A stretch of DNA of 32,000 nucleotides, taken from assembly GCF_001458695.1 (NCBI RefSeq), contig NZ_LN885086.1, forward strand, positions 2,430,001 through 2,462,000, given 5' to 3'. Made by a program: the position numbers and the translations under genes. Shown here one piece after another: positions 29,701-32,000 of this stretch (position 1 is its first letter; every line of letters begins with the position of its first letter). Under the pieces are notes generated by a model. That model worked only from the letters and a program-made list of their open reading frames with translations, made no database searches and had not been told where the DNA came from. The DNA comes from Candidatus Nitrospira inopinata. GTDB lineage: Bacteria; Nitrospirota; Nitrospiria; Nitrospirales; Nitrospiraceae.

Positions 29701-30281
29701 GTCATAGAAGAGGAACTGAAAAATAAGCAACAACCCATTTCCGCGGCTGAAACGCCGCGGCCCCATTGAAGCTGATCCGCGACCTGGCCGGCGTAGGCCC
29801 GTCTCCAGATTTCCGCGGCTGAAACGCCGCGGCCCCATTGAAGCGTGTCCGGACCCGCCCAAGCCACCCCCCCCTCCCCCCATTTCCGCGGCTGAAACGC
29901 CGCGGCCCCATTGAAGCTCTGCCCCCCAAGGGGGCATGGAGAGGAACCCTTAATTTCCGCGGCTGAAACGCCGCGGCCCCATTGAAGCACGTCCGATGGC
30001 ACTTTGCCATGCCGTTAAGGGGCTATTTCCGCGGCTGAAACGCCGCGGCCCCATTGAAGCTCATGGTGCGAGAGTGTCGCGAGGCTTCCGTCTAGAAATT
30101 TCCGTGGCTGAAACGCCGCGGCCCCATTGAAGCTCACAACACGCAGCGACCTCCTCGCTCGAACAGGACGCATTTCCGCGGCTGAAACGCCGCGGCCCCA
30201 TTGAAGCTGGACTCCAACGCAGGCGCGTCGGAATGGGCGCGCTGTATTTCCGCGGCTGAAACGCTGCGGCCCCATTGAAGC
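26753..30281 (+). CRISPR. CRISPR array, 49 repeats and 48 spacers
   Basis: 36-nt repeat ATTTCCGCGGCTGAAACGCCGCGGCCCCATTGAAGC, counted by hand. Internal 7-bp hairpin CCGCGGC/GCCGCGG with a TGAAAC loop. The ATTGAAGC 3' end resembles I-C/I-G repeats. Spacers are 35-40 nt. Variant repeats are at 27046, 30098 and 30246. Confidence 0.98.
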
Positions 30282-30382
30282 GGGGCCGAAGTTGTCTTTT
30301 TTGAGGAGGAGCCTCCGCAGGCAAAATCTGTTGAATTGGATATCTGACTTCATGGCAGATTACTGGAGGATGGGGAAGCCGA

Positions 30383-31162
30383 GTGAGTGCCAAGAGGGAA
30401 ACGGCGCGTTTCAAGATGGAGGACTGCTCGTCCATGGGTAGCATGGGTAGATTGACTGGTAGGGTGGTGATTGTGACCGGCAGCAGCAGCGGCATCGGCA
30501 AGGCCATCGCCTTCCGGTTTGGCGAAGAGGGAGCTACCGTGATCGTGACTGCGCGACGGCTTGGGCTTTGTCAGGCGACAGCGGATCAAATTGCGAGCAA
30601 GGGCGGAGTGGCCTGGGCGATTCAAACGGATGTGACCGACGAACAACAGGTCGAGCGGCTGTTTGATGAGACGGTCCGTCGCTATGGGCGTGTCGATATT
30701 TTGGTCAACAATGCGGGTGTCTTTGGAGGGAGCCGGCTGGCAGAGACATCCACACGCGAATTTGATGAGGTCATAAACGTGAATCTCCGCGGCACGTTCT
30801 TCTGCTGCCGCGCTGGCTTCCGTGTGATGCGGCAACAGGGCGGCGGGGTGATCCTCAACATGTCCAGCGTGGCCGCGGTGCAGGCCTGGGCGGGCACCGG
30901 CGTGTACAGCGCCTCAAAACATGGCATCATGGCCCTGACCAAGGCGTTGGCGGATGAGGGACGGCCGTATAACATCAAGGCCAGCGCCATCTGTCCGGCT
31001 GGAGTCGCCGATGAATTGGTTGATGCCTCTCCTGAGGAGCGCCTGCGCAGTGAAAAGATTGATCCCTTTGATGTGGCGGAGGCGGCGATCTTTTTGGCCA
31101 CGTTGGGCAAGCATGCGGTGGTGCACCAGCTTGTGATCGATCGGTTGGGCGCCGACTGGTAA
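30383..31162 (+). CDS. short-chain dehydrogenase/reductase (SDR) family oxidoreductase
   Basis: TGSSSGIGKAIA cofactor motif, NNAG, catalytic YSASK. The ORF opens at GTG 30383. ATG 30434 or 30443 (MGRLTGRVVIVTG) may be the true start. Confidence 0.85.
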   Translation: MSAKRETARFKMEDCSSMGSMGRLTGRVVIVTGSSSGIGKAIAFRFGEEGATVIVTARRLGLCQATADQIASKGGVAWAIQTDVTDEQQVERLFDETVRRYGRVDILVNNAGVFGGSRLAETSTREFDEVINVNLRGTFFCCRAGFRVMRQQGGGVILNMSSVAAVQAWAGTGVYSASKHGIMALTKALADEGRPYNIKASAICPAGVADELVDASPEERLRSEKIDPFDVAEAAIFLATLGKHAVVHQLVIDRLGADW

Positions 31163-31215
31163 AGGGAGATCTTGTTGGTTGCCTGATCTCGGGTAAGAAG
31201 GGGAGGAGACGGTCC

Positions 31216-32000
31216 ATGCCCTATCTTGGTACCAAAATCCAGGCGGGCTATCGATCCCTTTTGCGGAGTGGCATCCTGTATGAGCGGGTTGCGCTGGCCA
31301 AGCAGATGCTGGCCTCCTGCCGGGTCTGCCCCCGGCATTGCGCGGTGAACCGGCTGGCAGGTGAATTAGGAACCTGTTTGGTCGGCGGCAAGGCGCTGGT
31401 CGCGAGCGCGGGGCCTCATTTTGGTGAAGAATTTCCCATTCGCGGGTGGTATGGGTCCGGCACTGTTTTCTTTGCCGGGTGCAACCTCCGGTGTCTTTAC
31501 TGTCAAAATGCCGAGATCAGCCATCAGCCGAACGGTCAAGAGTTGGAATCGGAGGAATTGGCCGATCTCATGCTCAGCTTGCAAGAGCAGGGCTGTCACA
31601 ACGTCAATCTGGTGTCGCCGTCTCATCAGGTGCCGCAGATCCTCGAAGGGCTGTTGATGGCGGCTCAACGTGGATTGCGCCTGCCGCTTGTGTACAACAC
31701 CAGCGCCTATGACGATCTGGATATGCTGCGCCTGTTGGATGGCATCGTGGATATCTATATGCCGGACATGAAGTATGCAGATTCAGTGGTGGGGCGGCGG
31801 CTTTCCAAGGTGCCGGACTATCCGGCCGTTGCACAGGCGGCGATTAAGGAAATGCACCGGCAGGTCGGGGATCTGGTGCTAGATGACGAGGGACTGGCCA
31901 TCCGTGGTCTCTTGGTTCGCCATCTGGTGCTTCCCGGCAATCTAGCTGGAACGGCCGAGGTGATGAAATTTTTGGCCGACGAGATTTCCCGTGACACCTA
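31216..32000 (+). CDS. radical SAM protein (PflX/pyruvate-formate-lyase-activase-like), 3'-truncated by the window edge
   Basis: Not in the track because there is no stop within the window. GGAGGAG site before ATG 31216. My translation gives MPYLGTKIQAGYRSLL...FFAGCNLRCLYCQNAEIS with the CxxxCxxC cluster motif. The frame is open to base 32000. Confidence 0.8.
   Translation, partial: MPYLGTKIQAGYRSLLRSGILYERVALAKQMLASCRVCPRHCAVNRLAGELGTCLVGGKALVASAGPHFGEEFPIRGWYGSGTVFFAGCNLRCLYCQNAEISHQPNGQELESEELADLMLSLQEQGCHNVNLVSPSHQVPQILEGLLMAAQRGLRLPLVYNTSAYDDLDMLRLLDGIVDIYMPDMKYADSVVGRRLSKVPDYPAVAQAAIKEMHRQVGDLVLDDEGLAIRGLLVRHLVLPGNLAGTAEVMKFLADEISRDT

Noticed and set aside
30265-30302. Hairpin CGGCCCC/GGGGCCG, formed by the 3' part of the terminal repeat plus downstream sequence and followed by TTTTTT, as a possible array terminator.
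   Set aside because: The T-tract is separated from the stem by about 8 nt, which is atypical for an intrinsic terminator. It remains possible but is not supported well enough to annotate.
26437-30507. Many long ORFs on both strands across the CRISPR array, for example 27171-28181 (336 aa) and 27740-28687 (315 aa).
   Set aside because: They are periodic translations of the repeat (LQWGRGVSAAE, FNGAAAFQPRK, SMGPRRFSRGN recurring every ~24 residues). The repeat lacks stops in those frames. They are not genes.

Overview
GC-rich (about 60% by hand counts) bacterial chromosome segment. All family calls rest on motif recognition and gene order; no search was run.

Bases 1-13000 are an ordinary co-directional housekeeping block: hpt (5'-truncated), ftsH, folP, glmM, comEC, mtnA, ndk, gcvH, lpdA, comEA, tyrS.

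Bases ~13100-30300 form a defence island. It starts with a WYL-domain regulator, followed by a complete type I-G (formerly I-U, GSU0051-0054 type) CRISPR-Cas system:
- cas3 (helicase with C-terminal HD domain)
- a small Cas8g2-like gene
- cas7g/csb1
- csb2 (Cas5-Cas6 fusion)
- a cas4-cas1 fusion and cas2
- a + strand array of 49 repeats and 48 spacers (36-nt repeat ATTTCCGCGGCTGAAACGCCGCGGCCCCATTGAAGC)

The locus is visibly mosaic:
- A divergent cas3 5' remnant sits 25 bp upstream of the intact cas3.
- The effector and adaptation modules are separated by 2.9 kb of cargo: a zeta-like P-loop ATPase with a coupled 52-aa ORF (bracketed by a 21-nt direct repeat), a secreted NPF-repeat protein, a Uma2 nuclease, and a hicBA toxin-antitoxin pair.
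- The hicBA pair is bracketed by a ~223-bp duplication of the cas4-cas1 5' end.
- A second secreted NP-repeat protein lies upstream of the effector module, so the two bracket it.

The array itself carries several signals:
- Two spacers encode the same peptide with only synonymous differences.
- One repeat-spacer unit is duplicated.
- All repeat variants are G-U-preserving.
- A subset of spacers is C-rich on one strand.

The window ends with an SDR oxidoreductase and a 3'-truncated radical SAM gene. I found no rRNA, tRNA or transposase genes.
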